A DNA stretch of 64,000 nucleotides from Candidatus Vogelbacteria bacterium RIFOXYD1_FULL_46_19 (GTDB taxonomy: Bacteria > Patescibacteriota > Minisyncoccia > Phycocordibacterales > XYD1-FULL-46-19), in assembly GCA_001824825.1 (NCBI GenBank), contig MHTK01000002.1, positions 6,020-70,019 of the forward strand, in the 5' to 3' direction. The translations under genes and the position numbers were made by a program. Below, piece after piece: positions 47,584-56,733 of the stretch. Under the pieces are notes generated by a model. The model worked only from the letters and a program-made list of their open reading frames with translations, did no database searches and was not told where the DNA came from. Position 1 is the first letter of the stretch. Every line of letters begins with the position of its first letter.

Positions 47584-47713
47584 GTTAAAGTCCTCCCAGT
47601 TGAGGCCTAAGATAGGCCATATTTAGTTACTCTAGGTTTATTATATCACAATCAACAGCAATTTGTCAAGGCCTACCAGGTCGCCCTCTTTTAGCTCAAA
47701 CCTTCTCATAATC

Positions 47714-47760
47714 AGCTCAATTCTACGGTCAAGGTGTCACCTTGACCGTAGAATTGAGCT
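47714..47760. repeat. perfect palindrome with 23-bp arms
   Basis: AGCTCAATTCTACGGTCAAGGTG-T-CACCTTGACCGTAGAATTGAGCT. Confidence 0.85.
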
Positions 47761-47825
47761 CTTCGCACTTACCTATCCGGCCAGTCGTACAAGATAGGTA
47801 GGTTTTATAAACCAGTCCGTCCGTC

Positions 47826-47996
47826 GATCCCTGGGGCAAAGCCCCGCGGTACTCGCGGACGGCAACGGGGCTGGTTTTTTGCCTGCCCGCCATCGCTTCG
47901 CTCAGGCGCTAGCAGGCGGGGAAGAAGAAACGGCTCCGCCGTTCCATATCACTTTGCCTCCCATCCCCGCCACAAAGTGGACGGGGTATTCTCGGC
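47826..47996. mobile_element. IS200/IS605-end-like hairpins with a nested REP-like palindrome (47882-47920)
   Basis: ATCCC.GGGGCAAAGCCCCGCGGTA and ATCCCCGCCACAAAGTGGACGGGGTATT share an architecture. Confidence 0.45.
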
Positions 47997-48213
47997 ACCC
48001 AATAAAAATTTATTAAAAAATGTTTTGAAAGTTTAAACAACCCCGACGCAAACCTTCTAACTTAACGGTTTTTCACAATTTAAAGTCTTATGACTTTTTT
48101 CATCCACAGCGTCAATGTTGCTTGCCTAAAATTCGAGTGCTAGGAATAAACTTAGTAATACCGCTCGACTGTGAAATTGTGTTTACGCCGACAAGCAAGT
48201 ACAATAGATAGTA

Positions 48214-49911
48214 ATGTCGCCTACTTTCAATGAAGAAAAGCAAGAAAAACGCTTAGAAGAATTACATTTGAAAGAAGCCGAGGAACTAGCTCAGGTATTG
48301 TCGCAGCGTTACTCTCTGCCCTACATCGATCTTTCAAAAACATCAATAAATACCGATGCTCTTAAATTAATTCCCGAGGTAGTGGCTAGGGAGGCCGGGG
48401 TCGCCACTTTCAAGGTGATTGGTAAAAAGGTTTTTATCGCCGTCATCTCGCCCAACAACGATAAACTTAAAAGCATTCTGGAAGACTTGAAGCAAAAAAA
48501 CTACCAACTAACCGTTTACCTCACTTCCACCAATAGCTTAGACCGAGCTTACGAGCGTTATGCCGAAGTGTCTGACACCAAAAAAACTGAGGCCGGAATG
48601 ATTGATATTTCCAATGACAATATCACCGCCTTCCTGGAAGAATTTAAGGAGTTAGACGATATCACCAAGGCTATTGGTGATGAAGGGGTGCGCGTCGTGC
48701 GCGAAGGCGGGATTTCCACCATCCTGGAAATTATTCTTTCCGGCGCTCTGGCTATCGACGCTTCAGACATTCATATCGAACCGGAAGAAGAAGGTATTCG
48801 CTTGCGTTACCGCATTGACGGCGTCCTGCAAGACGCGGCCTCCTTTAACCCACTGATTTATCGGCCGATTCTATCGCGGATTAAGTTGGTCTCGGGTTTA
48901 AAGCTTAATGTTAAGCAGTCGGCCCAAGATGGACGGTTTTCCATTGGGGCGGGTGATGAAACCAACATCGAAATTCGAACTTCCATCATTCCCGGCGCCT
49001 ATGGCGAATCCATTGTGATGAGAGTTTTGAATCCGAAAAACATTCAAACCACCTTTAATCACCTCGGGATTCCCGACGACCTCCTAGAAATCTTTAAACG
49101 CGAAATTCACAAGCCTAATGGTTTGGTGCTACTAACCGGACCTACCGGCTCCGGCAAAACCACGACGCTTTACTCTTTTCTGCGTGAAGTTAATGATCCA
49201 GAATCTAAAATCATCACGATTGAGGACCCGATTGAGTATCACTTGAAAGGAATCAACCAAACTCAAGTAAATCGAGACAAGGGCTACACCTTTTTATCCG
49301 GCTTGCGTAGTGCTTTGCGCCAAGATCCGGATATTATAATGGTGGGCGAAATCCGCGACTCGGAAACCGCCAAGATTGCCATCAACTCCGCCTTAACCGG
49401 CCACTTGGTTTTCTCCACTCTACACACCAATAATGCAGCCGGCACCATTCCCCGTCTGATCGACTTGGGGGTAAACAGTAAGATTATTAGTTCGGCCCTC
49501 ACTCTCTCCATCGCTCAGCGCCTAGTTCGTCGCTTGTGTCCAACGTGTAAAATTGAAATTCCTCTGAGCGATAGCGAAGAGAAGCTTATTAACGAAGTGG
49601 TGGCCGGGATTAAAAAGAAAAAACCCGACTTTACGCCGGCTCAAACTACTAAAATGTGGTCCCCGGGTAAATGCCGAGAGTGTAATAATACCGGCTACAA
49701 AGGCCGCCAAGGGATTTACGAAGCCATTGTGATGGATGAAGCTATTGCCGAGGTTTGCGCCCAAAATCCGAATGAGCGCGATATTTGGCTCGCCGCCTTA
49801 CCACAAAGCATCCTCGATATGCGTGAAGACGGAATTATGAAAGTTTTGGCCGGGCTGACTTCCCTACGTGAACTTAGTCGAGTTATCGACTTATACGAAA
49901 AAACGGTTTAA
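48214..49911 (+). CDS. pilB: GspE/PilB type IV pilus assembly ATPase
   Basis: ASDIHIEP, QDGRF, GPTGSGKTTT, EDPIEY, LRQDPD, STLHTN, CxxC pairs. Confidence 0.93.
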   Translation: MSPTFNEEKQEKRLEELHLKEAEELAQVLSQRYSLPYIDLSKTSINTDALKLIPEVVAREAGVATFKVIGKKVFIAVISPNNDKLKSILEDLKQKNYQLTVYLTSTNSLDRAYERYAEVSDTKKTEAGMIDISNDNITAFLEEFKELDDITKAIGDEGVRVVREGGISTILEIILSGALAIDASDIHIEPEEEGIRLRYRIDGVLQDAASFNPLIYRPILSRIKLVSGLKLNVKQSAQDGRFSIGAGDETNIEIRTSIIPGAYGESIVMRVLNPKNIQTTFNHLGIPDDLLEIFKREIHKPNGLVLLTGPTGSGKTTTLYSFLREVNDPESKIITIEDPIEYHLKGINQTQVNRDKGYTFLSGLRSALRQDPDIIMVGEIRDSETAKIAINSALTGHLVFSTLHTNNAAGTIPRLIDLGVNSKIISSALTLSIAQRLVRRLCPTCKIEIPLSDSEEKLINEVVAGIKKKKPDFTPAQTTKMWSPGKCRECNNTGYKGRQGIYEAIVMDEAIAEVCAQNPNERDIWLAALPQSILDMREDGIMKVLAGLTSLRELSRVIDLYEKTV

Positions 49912-49914
49912 CCG

Positions 49915-50115
49915 AAGTTCCTTGTCATCAAGAATATAAACCTCCAAGTAATCTCTTTACTTGTGCAAATAAAGTTAGGTAAATTGGCCAGGATGGTTCC
50001 AGACATACTTGCTATAAAGCGAGCCACCAAAACGTCCTTTTCAACAAACCCGTTAAGCTGTAAACAGCCTAAATTGCTTGGAGGTTTATGTTCTTGATTC
50101 TTTCAAAGTAGATTT
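49915..50115 (+). ncRNA. candidate 6S RNA-like rod-shaped ncRNA
   Basis: 26-bp closing stem (49928-49953 with 50074-50099) with G-U pairs; central bubble with a small 3' hairpin; inner stem. Confidence 0.5.
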
Positions 50116-50262
50116 TTGAGTGAAAAGTAGCCTTTCTGCCTCCCGCGTCGCCCTTTTTACTAAAAATGCTATTATAGGCAAAGGCCGATAAATAGTAAAG
50201 GGGTGGCTTGGTTTTCTATCACCCAACTCAACTTTTCAGAATGTTAGCATAAAGTTTTATAT

Positions 50263-51282
50263 ATGTCAAGTAGCTCACCCATCATCCCCCCTCTCGGGAG
50301 TAGTGATTTAAAATCAGATACTTTTTTAGATAAATCCCTCCGCCCAGAAACCTGGAGTGAATATATTGGTCAACAAAACATTAAAGATAATCTCCGTATC
50401 CTGTTGGAAGCTGCTAGGCGGCGTAAGCACCCGCCCGAGCACCTCCTGTTTTATGGTCCACCCGGTTTAGGCAAAACCACTCTGGCCTACCTAATTGCCA
50501 AAGAGCTTGGCGTCCAAATTAAATCCACCTCCGGGCCGGCTATAGAAAAGGTCGGCGACCTAGCTTCCATCCTCACCAACTTAGAAGCCGGCGATATTAT
50601 ATTTATCGATGAGATTCACCGGTTAAATAAAATGATTGAGGAAGTTTTATACCCAGCCATGGAACAGGGCAGTCTAAATATCATTATCGGCAAGGGTCCT
50701 GGTGCTCGGGTAATCCAACTAGACCTACCGCCCTTTACCCTCGTCGCCGCTACCACGCGAATTGCCCTCTTATCGGCTCCTCTCCGCTCCCGCTTTTCCG
50801 GCGGGGTACATCGTCTAGAATTTTATTCCGACCAGGAAATCAGCACTATTATTGAGCGATCCGCCAGAATTTTAGGGATTAATATTGAAAACGAAGCGGT
50901 CGGTGAAATCGCCAAACGGAGCCGCTTTACCCCCCGGATTGCTAACCACTTGGTTAAAAGGGCCCGTGACTACGCCGAGGTTGAGGAACTACCGCTCTCA
51001 GTGGAAACTATTGCCAAGGCCCTCGATCTTTTAGGTATCGACCAGTTGGGCTTATCCGGAGCTGATCGCTCGGTCTTGGAAGTTTTAGCTCATAAATTTA
51101 ACGGTGGTCCGGTCGGCTTAAACACTTTGGCCACCGCCCTCTCAGAAGAAGAAGCTACGGTAGAAGACGTGTATGAACCCTTTTTAATCCAGTGCGGTTT
51201 GATAGAAAGAACTCCGCGCGGTCGCATTTTAACCAATCGGGGTTATGGACACTTGAATTTAAAACCTCCCGAACATATCTAG
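50263..51282 (+). CDS. ruvB: Holliday junction DNA helicase RuvB
   Basis: GPPGLGKTTLA, FIDEIHRL, PLRSRF, RTPRGR. Confidence 0.99.
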   Translation: MSSSSPIIPPLGSSDLKSDTFLDKSLRPETWSEYIGQQNIKDNLRILLEAARRRKHPPEHLLFYGPPGLGKTTLAYLIAKELGVQIKSTSGPAIEKVGDLASILTNLEAGDIIFIDEIHRLNKMIEEVLYPAMEQGSLNIIIGKGPGARVIQLDLPPFTLVAATTRIALLSAPLRSRFSGGVHRLEFYSDQEISTIIERSARILGINIENEAVGEIAKRSRFTPRIANHLVKRARDYAEVEELPLSVETIAKALDLLGIDQLGLSGADRSVLEVLAHKFNGGPVGLNTLATALSEEEATVEDVYEPFLIQCGLIERTPRGRILTNRGYGHLNLKPPEHI

Positions 51283-51331
51283 TCAGCCTAATCCATTTAA
51301 CACTTTTCTTTTTAATTTCTTACACCAAACT

Positions 51332-51868
51332 ATGTCCGGACATAATAAGTGGTCTAAAATAAAAAATAAAAAAGCCGTCGAGGACGCCAAAAAAAGCAAG
51401 TTATTTTCTATGTACAGCAAAACCATCACTATTGAATCAAAAAAAGCTGGGGGTGACATTAACTCACCCGGTCTGCGGGCAGCCGTTGAACGAGCCCGGG
51501 CGGTCAATATGCCAGCTGACAATATTAACCGGGCCGTCGAGAAAGGGCGCCCGGGTAATAACTCCAATTTGGAAGAGGTGCTTTATGAAGCTTTCGCTCC
51601 CGGTGGTGTGGCGATGATTATTGAAGGCATCACCGATAACAAAAACCGGACCACCCCAGAAATAAAACACTTATTATCTCTCCACCAGGCAAGTTTAGGT
51701 GGCACCAACTCTGCCTTGTGGGCTTTTACTAAAACTGATCAGGGTTGGCAAGCCGGCAGTCTGATGCCGGTGGTTGAGTCGGTAAAAAACAGTGTTCAGT
51801 CTTTAATTGAAGACTTAGAAAGCCATGACGATGTCAACCGTATTTTTATTAATGCCGAGTTAAACTAA
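51332..51868 (+). CDS. YebC/PmpR family protein (short form)
   Basis: MSGHNKWSKIK, TDNKNRT, HDDV. Confidence 0.95.
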   Translation: MSGHNKWSKIKNKKAVEDAKKSKLFSMYSKTITIESKKAGGDINSPGLRAAVERARAVNMPADNINRAVEKGRPGNNSNLEEVLYEAFAPGGVAMIIEGITDNKNRTTPEIKHLLSLHQASLGGTNSALWAFTKTDQGWQAGSLMPVVESVKNSVQSLIEDLESHDDVNRIFINAELN

Positions 51869-51871
51869 ATT

Positions 51872-52360
51872 ATGCTCATTTTAGGGATTGACCCGGGTTA
51901 TGATCGTTTGGGCCTGGCGGTAATACAGAAACTCCCTCACCAAAAAGAAACTTTGTTGGAGAGTTGTTGTATTACCAGTGCCAAGCAGGATGAATTTTCT
52001 CGCCGGCTGGCCACCTTGGGAGAGCCGATTGTTTCTATTTTAAACCGACTACCTATTGACGGCATTGCAATTGAAAATTTGTTTGTCACCAAAAATCAAA
52101 AAACCGCCACCCGAGTGGCTGAGGTTCGGGGAATGATTTTATACCTCGCTGGTAGCAAAAAAATTCCCGTGATTGAATTTACACCACCCGCTATTAAACT
52201 GGCGGTCACCGGCTTTGGTCGGGCTGATAAAAAACAAGTGACCGCGATGGCCCAAAAATTACTGGCCATCCCGCCGGAAACCAAGCGACTTGATGATGAA
52301 TTTGACGCTATGGTCATAGCCCTCGCGGGCCTGGCCCACGCCAGTACTTGGCTTAAATAA
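51872..52360 (+). CDS. ruvC: crossover junction endodeoxyribonuclease RuvC
   Basis: GIDPG, E, GRADKKQV, DDxxDA. Confidence 0.97.
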   Translation: MLILGIDPGYDRLGLAVIQKLPHQKETLLESCCITSAKQDEFSRRLATLGEPIVSILNRLPIDGIAIENLFVTKNQKTATRVAEVRGMILYLAGSKKIPVIEFTPPAIKLAVTGFGRADKKQVTAMAQKLLAIPPETKRLDDEFDAMVIALAGLAHASTWLK

Positions 52361-52374
52361 TATTTATCCAATTC

Positions 52375-52443
52375 TATCCCTTTACTCCAGACTCAGAAGC
52401 GTAGTCGCCTGACCGAGAGCGTCGAGTCTGGAGTAAAGGGATA
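52375..52443. repeat. 20-bp perfect inverted repeat with internal loop
   Basis: TATCCCTTTACTCCAGACTC...GAGTCTGGAGTAAAGGGATA. Confidence 0.75.
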
Positions 52444-52581
52444 CACTCTTAATTATCCACAGTGGGGCCATTAAAAATTTGCCAAGTCACATCTCTTTTG
52501 TTACAACATTTAAAATCTTCGACTTGATTTAAAGTCGCCTGAGTTTTAATAAATTAATTGCATAGCCAGTCAATATAATAT

Positions 52582-52743
52582 ATGGATGACGAGAATAACT
52601 TAAACAACAGCGACGAACTACCAATTCTTGACGAAGACTTGTTGGATTCGGAACTAACAGAAGATGAGTTAGATGAACTCTACGATGATGATGACGAGGA
52701 TGAAGCTTCTTATGAAGCTGACTACGACAACTACGACGAGTAA
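52582..52743 (+). CDS. hyper-acidic 53-aa protein (not in ORF track)
   Basis: MDDENNLNNSDELPILDEDLLDSELTEDELDELYDDDDEDEASYEADYDNYDE*, followed by a terminator. Confidence 0.7.
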   Translation: MDDENNLNNSDELPILDEDLLDSELTEDELDELYDDDDEDEASYEADYDNYDE

Positions 52744-52777
52744 GAAAAAAACCGGCGCTAGGGCCGGTTTTTTTCTT
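52742..52777. terminator. bidirectional terminator
   Basis: AAAAAAACCGGC-loop-GCCGGTTTTTTT. Confidence 0.8.
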
Positions 52778-53960
52778 ACTCGTCTCTTTTAACGGCCAGT
52801 TTAATAAACTTCTTTTTTCCTACCCGAATAACTTGATCTGAACTGGCGACAGCTGTCAGAGTACTAACCTTAGAATCCGGCAAAACGGTAATACCACCCC
52901 CGTCCACTAAGCGCTTATATTCAGCCTTCGACTCCACTAGCCCAGCTTTGATTAAAACATCGCGCAACATATCTCCGGCTGTGAAGTAAAAAACTTCAAC
53001 CCGTTCCGGCACCTCCGACGTTTGAAATTTGGCAATAAAGTCGGCCTCGGCCGCCTCCACTTGGTCGTCCCCGGCAAAAATCGAGACGATCTCGCGCGCC
53101 AACCTCATTTTAGCATCACGTGGATGCTCGGAGAGAATAGTCTCCACCTCAGCCGCCGGCACTCTGGTACAAATTTCAAAAGCTAGGGGCATCAAGGTAT
53201 CTGGCCAACTCATTATTTTACCGTACATTAGGGCTGGTTCATCTGATAGTGTCACCATATTCCCCTCGCTTTTACCCATTTTCTTCCCGGTCGGATCCAC
53301 TAAAAGTTTGGTCGTCAGCACAAATTTTTCCTGCCCTCGCCGCTTCATCATGGTCCGACCGGTTAACATATTAAAAGTTTGGTCGCTGCCGCCAATTTCA
53401 GCGTTAATATCCATCTGCACCGAATCATAACCCTGCATTAATGGGTAAAGAAACTCGTGTAAATAAATAGGTTCATCTCGCTTGAGGCGCTCCTGGAACA
53501 TATCTCTTTCAATCATTTGGGAAACGGTAAATTCCGACGCTATTTCCACCACCTCTTCAAAATTAAGTCGTCCCAACCACTCTTTATTAAAAACAAACTT
53601 AATTTGGCTTAAGTCTAAAATTTTAGCGATTTGACTTTGGTAGGACTGGTAGTTGGCTTTTACCTCTTCCGCCGAGAGTTTCCGCCGAGCCGATGTTTTA
53701 TCGGTCGGGTCGCCAATCATAGCGGTAAAATCGCCTATTAAGATGGTGATTTGATGTCCGGCCACTTGCAAGTCGCGCAATTTAAGTAAAATAGAGCCGT
53801 GACCAATGTGAATATGTGGCCCAGTCGGATCAAGACCTAGAAAAACCTTTAACTGGCCTCCACTTTGTAAGAATTCATCAAGCTCACCCGTTGAAGGGTA
53901 AATTCGCTCCAAACCGCGTTCCCATAAATTATCCGAAAAAACCGGCTGACTTGTAGACAT
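52776..53960 (-). CDS. tyrS: tyrosine--tRNA ligase
   Basis: GLDPTGPHIHIGH, YPLMQGYD, GGSDQ, KMGKS, S4-like C-terminus. Confidence 0.98.
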   Translation of the reverse strand: MSTSQPVFSDNLWERGLERIYPSTGELDEFLQSGGQLKVFLGLDPTGPHIHIGHGSILLKLRDLQVAGHQITILIGDFTAMIGDPTDKTSARRKLSAEEVKANYQSYQSQIAKILDLSQIKFVFNKEWLGRLNFEEVVEIASEFTVSQMIERDMFQERLKRDEPIYLHEFLYPLMQGYDSVQMDINAEIGGSDQTFNMLTGRTMMKRRGQEKFVLTTKLLVDPTGKKMGKSEGNMVTLSDEPALMYGKIMSWPDTLMPLAFEICTRVPAAEVETILSEHPRDAKMRLAREIVSIFAGDDQVEAAEADFIAKFQTSEVPERVEVFYFTAGDMLRDVLIKAGLVESKAEYKRLVDGGGITVLPDSKVSTLTAVASSDQVIRVGKKKFIKLAVKRDE

Positions 53961-54018
53961 AATATACCAAATGTACCACGGCTTACGCTTTTTTTCTAGA
54001 TATGCTAGCATTAGCCAC

Positions 54019-56463
54019 ATGAAAAGATGGAGGGCTTTTATTAAAATCTGGGGCCTAAAAATAGTTATCGTGATAGCTGGCCTTGGCCTTTTTTTGGGTA
54101 GTGCTGGTATTTTATGGGCCCTAACTTTACAAATTCCCGATTTTAACTCTTATTTCGACCAAAGAATAATTGCCGAATCGACCAAACTTTATGACCGAAC
54201 CGGCAAAATCCTCCTTTATAACGCTCATAGCGACATCCGACGGACCATTGTACCTTTGGACCAAATGTCCGACCATGTTAAAAAAGCCACTATTGCTATT
54301 GAGGATGTGGATTTTTACAACCACCGCGGTATTAAACCGACCGCCATTTTAAGAGCTTTTTGGGTTAATGTGAGTAGTGGCCGAGTAGAACAAGGTGGAT
54401 CCACCTTAACTCAGCAGGTAATAAAAAATACTTTGCTAACTAAAGATAAAAGTATTGCCCGCAAAGTTAAGGAAGCCATTTTATCTATAAAATTGGAAAG
54501 TGAGTTACCTAAGGACGAAATTTTAGAGCTCTACTTAAATGAGGTACCCTATGGGGGTAATCTCTACGGTATTGAAGAAGCTTCTAAAGCTTATTTCGGC
54601 AAAGAGTCTAAAAACTTAAGTCTGGCTGAAGCGGCTTACTTAGCCTCTCTCCCCCAAGCTCCGTCTTATTTATCTCCTTATGGTAGCCACCAAGACAAAC
54701 TGGAAGAAAGAAAAAATTTAGTTTTGTCCCGCTTGAAAAGTTTAGACTGGATAACCGATGAAGAATATCAGCAAGCCAAAGCCGAAGAAGTTTTGTTTGC
54801 CAAACCGGATAAAAACAGTATCAAGGCTCCCCACTTTGTGTTCTTTGTCTTGGAATACCTAGAAGATAAATATGGACAAGACACAGTTAAAAATGGCGGT
54901 TTTCGGGTAATCACTAGTCTAGATTGGGAACTACAACAAAAAGCAGAGGAAATTGTTTATCAGTACGGCACTCAGAATGCCGCCAACTACCAAGCTCGGA
55001 ATGCCGGCTTGGTGGCCTTGGACCCGCAAACTGGCCAAATTTTGGCGATGGTAGGATCAATTGATTATTTTGATTTGGAAAATGAGGGCAACTTTAATGT
55101 CACAACCGCCAGACGCCAACCAGGCTCAGCCTTTAAACCCTTTGTGTATGCCACCGCTTTTAATGAAGGCTACACCGCTGACACGATTGTTTTTGATCTA
55201 AAGACTGAATTCAACGCCAGCTGTAGCCCCGAACATATTCCACTGTCCTCTGGTATTACTTGTTACTCACCTACCAACTACGACGGCAGTACCGTTGGCC
55301 CTATTAGTCTTAAAAATGCCCTAGCCCAATCGAGAAATATTCCGGCGGTTAAAGTGTTGTATTTGGCCGGCCTAAAGGATTCTTTTGACACCGCTCGAAA
55401 ACTTGGTATTTCCACTTTACGAGATTACCGTCAGTATGGACTCACTTTAGTCTTAGGTGGTGGTGAAGTCACTCTCTTGGATATGACTAGTGCTTACGGT
55501 GTTTTTGCTAATGATGGGGCTCGTCAGCCCTACTCCTTCATTATGGAAATTAATGACCGCAATAAAAAAACTTTAGAAAAGTACAATAGTCAGAGTACCC
55601 AGGTTTTACCTCCAAATACTGCTCGCCTAATTTCTAATATCTTGTCGGACAACTCCGCGCGGGCGCCGATTTTTGGCACCAATTCTCAACTTAATATTCC
55701 CGGCTATCAAGTAGCTGTCAAAACCGGTACCACTAACGATTATAAAGATGCTTGGATTGTTGGTTATACTCCTAGTTTAGTGGTAGGAGCCTGGGTTGGT
55801 AATAATGATAATACCCCTATGGATAAACGAATTGCCGGGGTAATTGTCGCCCCTATTTGGAATACTTTTATGAAAGATTATTTGAAAAACAAATCAGTTC
55901 AGTATTTCATACCACCAGAACCAGCTCCTAGTGATGTTAAACCTATTCTAAGGGGTATTTGGTCTGGTTTGGCAGGTGGAGAATTGGCTGACGAAGGGGT
56001 TCATTCTATCTTGCACTGGGTTAATAAAAATAATCCCCAAGGACCAGTTCCAATTAACCCAGCTAGCGACCCTCAATACTACAACTGGGAAGCCCCAGTT
56101 CAGGCCTGGGCGGCCGCTACTGGTAACAACTTTTTACTTACCCCTGGTATTTTACCCAGTGGTCTAAACGAACCTACTAAAGAAGAATTCGGCTCTGATC
56201 GAGTGGAAATAAGATCCCTTAGAAATTCCTACAAGCCTGATGATAATATTACCGTGTCTTTAGACGAGACAAGGGCAGTAATAAAAGCTGAATTTTTCTT
56301 AAATGACAGGCTCTTAGGTACCGTCACTAGAACCCCGTTTCGCTTTTCTTTTGTACCAGAAGAATCAGCTGACTTAAGCTCAATAAATACTATTATAGTG
56401 ATTGTTTATGACTCTAAAGGTAATAAACAGCAACTAGAAGAAACTTTTAGACTAAACGACTAA
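54019..56463 (+). CDS. class A penicillin-binding protein (PBP1A family) with C-terminal Ig-like domain
   Basis: EDxxFYxHxG, GGSTLTQQ, RKVKE, GSAFKP, SRN, KTGT. Confidence 0.96.
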   Translation: MKRWRAFIKIWGLKIVIVIAGLGLFLGSAGILWALTLQIPDFNSYFDQRIIAESTKLYDRTGKILLYNAHSDIRRTIVPLDQMSDHVKKATIAIEDVDFYNHRGIKPTAILRAFWVNVSSGRVEQGGSTLTQQVIKNTLLTKDKSIARKVKEAILSIKLESELPKDEILELYLNEVPYGGNLYGIEEASKAYFGKESKNLSLAEAAYLASLPQAPSYLSPYGSHQDKLEERKNLVLSRLKSLDWITDEEYQQAKAEEVLFAKPDKNSIKAPHFVFFVLEYLEDKYGQDTVKNGGFRVITSLDWELQQKAEEIVYQYGTQNAANYQARNAGLVALDPQTGQILAMVGSIDYFDLENEGNFNVTTARRQPGSAFKPFVYATAFNEGYTADTIVFDLKTEFNASCSPEHIPLSSGITCYSPTNYDGSTVGPISLKNALAQSRNIPAVKVLYLAGLKDSFDTARKLGISTLRDYRQYGLTLVLGGGEVTLLDMTSAYGVFANDGARQPYSFIMEINDRNKKTLEKYNSQSTQVLPPNTARLISNILSDNSARAPIFGTNSQLNIPGYQVAVKTGTTNDYKDAWIVGYTPSLVVGAWVGNNDNTPMDKRIAGVIVAPIWNTFMKDYLKNKSVQYFIPPEPAPSDVKPILRGIWSGLAGGELADEGVHSILHWVNKNNPQGPVPINPASDPQYYNWEAPVQAWAAATGNNFLLTPGILPSGLNEPTKEEFGSDRVEIRSLRNSYKPDDNITVSLDETRAVIKAEFFLNDRLLGTVTRTPFRFSFVPEESADLSSINTIIVIVYDSKGNKQQLEETFRLND

Positions 56464-56471
56464 CTTCTTGC

Positions 56472-56729
56472 CTAGCTAATACGAGTAATTACAAAACCAT
56501 CTGGGTGGTTTTTAATAACTTTTAAAATAACTATTTGTCTTAAAAAAACTTCGGATTTAACTACTGGTGGCACATTTAAAATTATTTCAGATCCTCTAAT
56601 CAAAACTTGAGAATTTTCAATCTTTAAACCTGTTAAATCCTTAATTACCTCCACCACCACTTTTTTTTGTCTTTCACCTTCTCCCCCTAGGCGATTATAT
56701 TTATCTAATAAATTTTTTATCAGGTCCAT
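56472..56729 (-). CDS. hypothetical protein downstream of dnaN (possibly DciA/DUF721-like)
   Basis: 85 aa; position in the dnaN operon; alpha/beta pattern. Confidence 0.6.
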   Translation of the reverse strand: MDLIKNLLDKYNRLGGEGERQKKVVVEVIKDLTGLKIENSQVLIRGSEIILNVPPVVKSEVFLRQIVILKVIKNHPDGFVITRIS

Positions 56730-56733
56730 TATT

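Noticed and set aside
46820-47610. Several overlapping ORFs in a GC-rich patch
   Set aside because: GC-rich shadows; only 46948-47583 has an RBS and a lipoprotein signal
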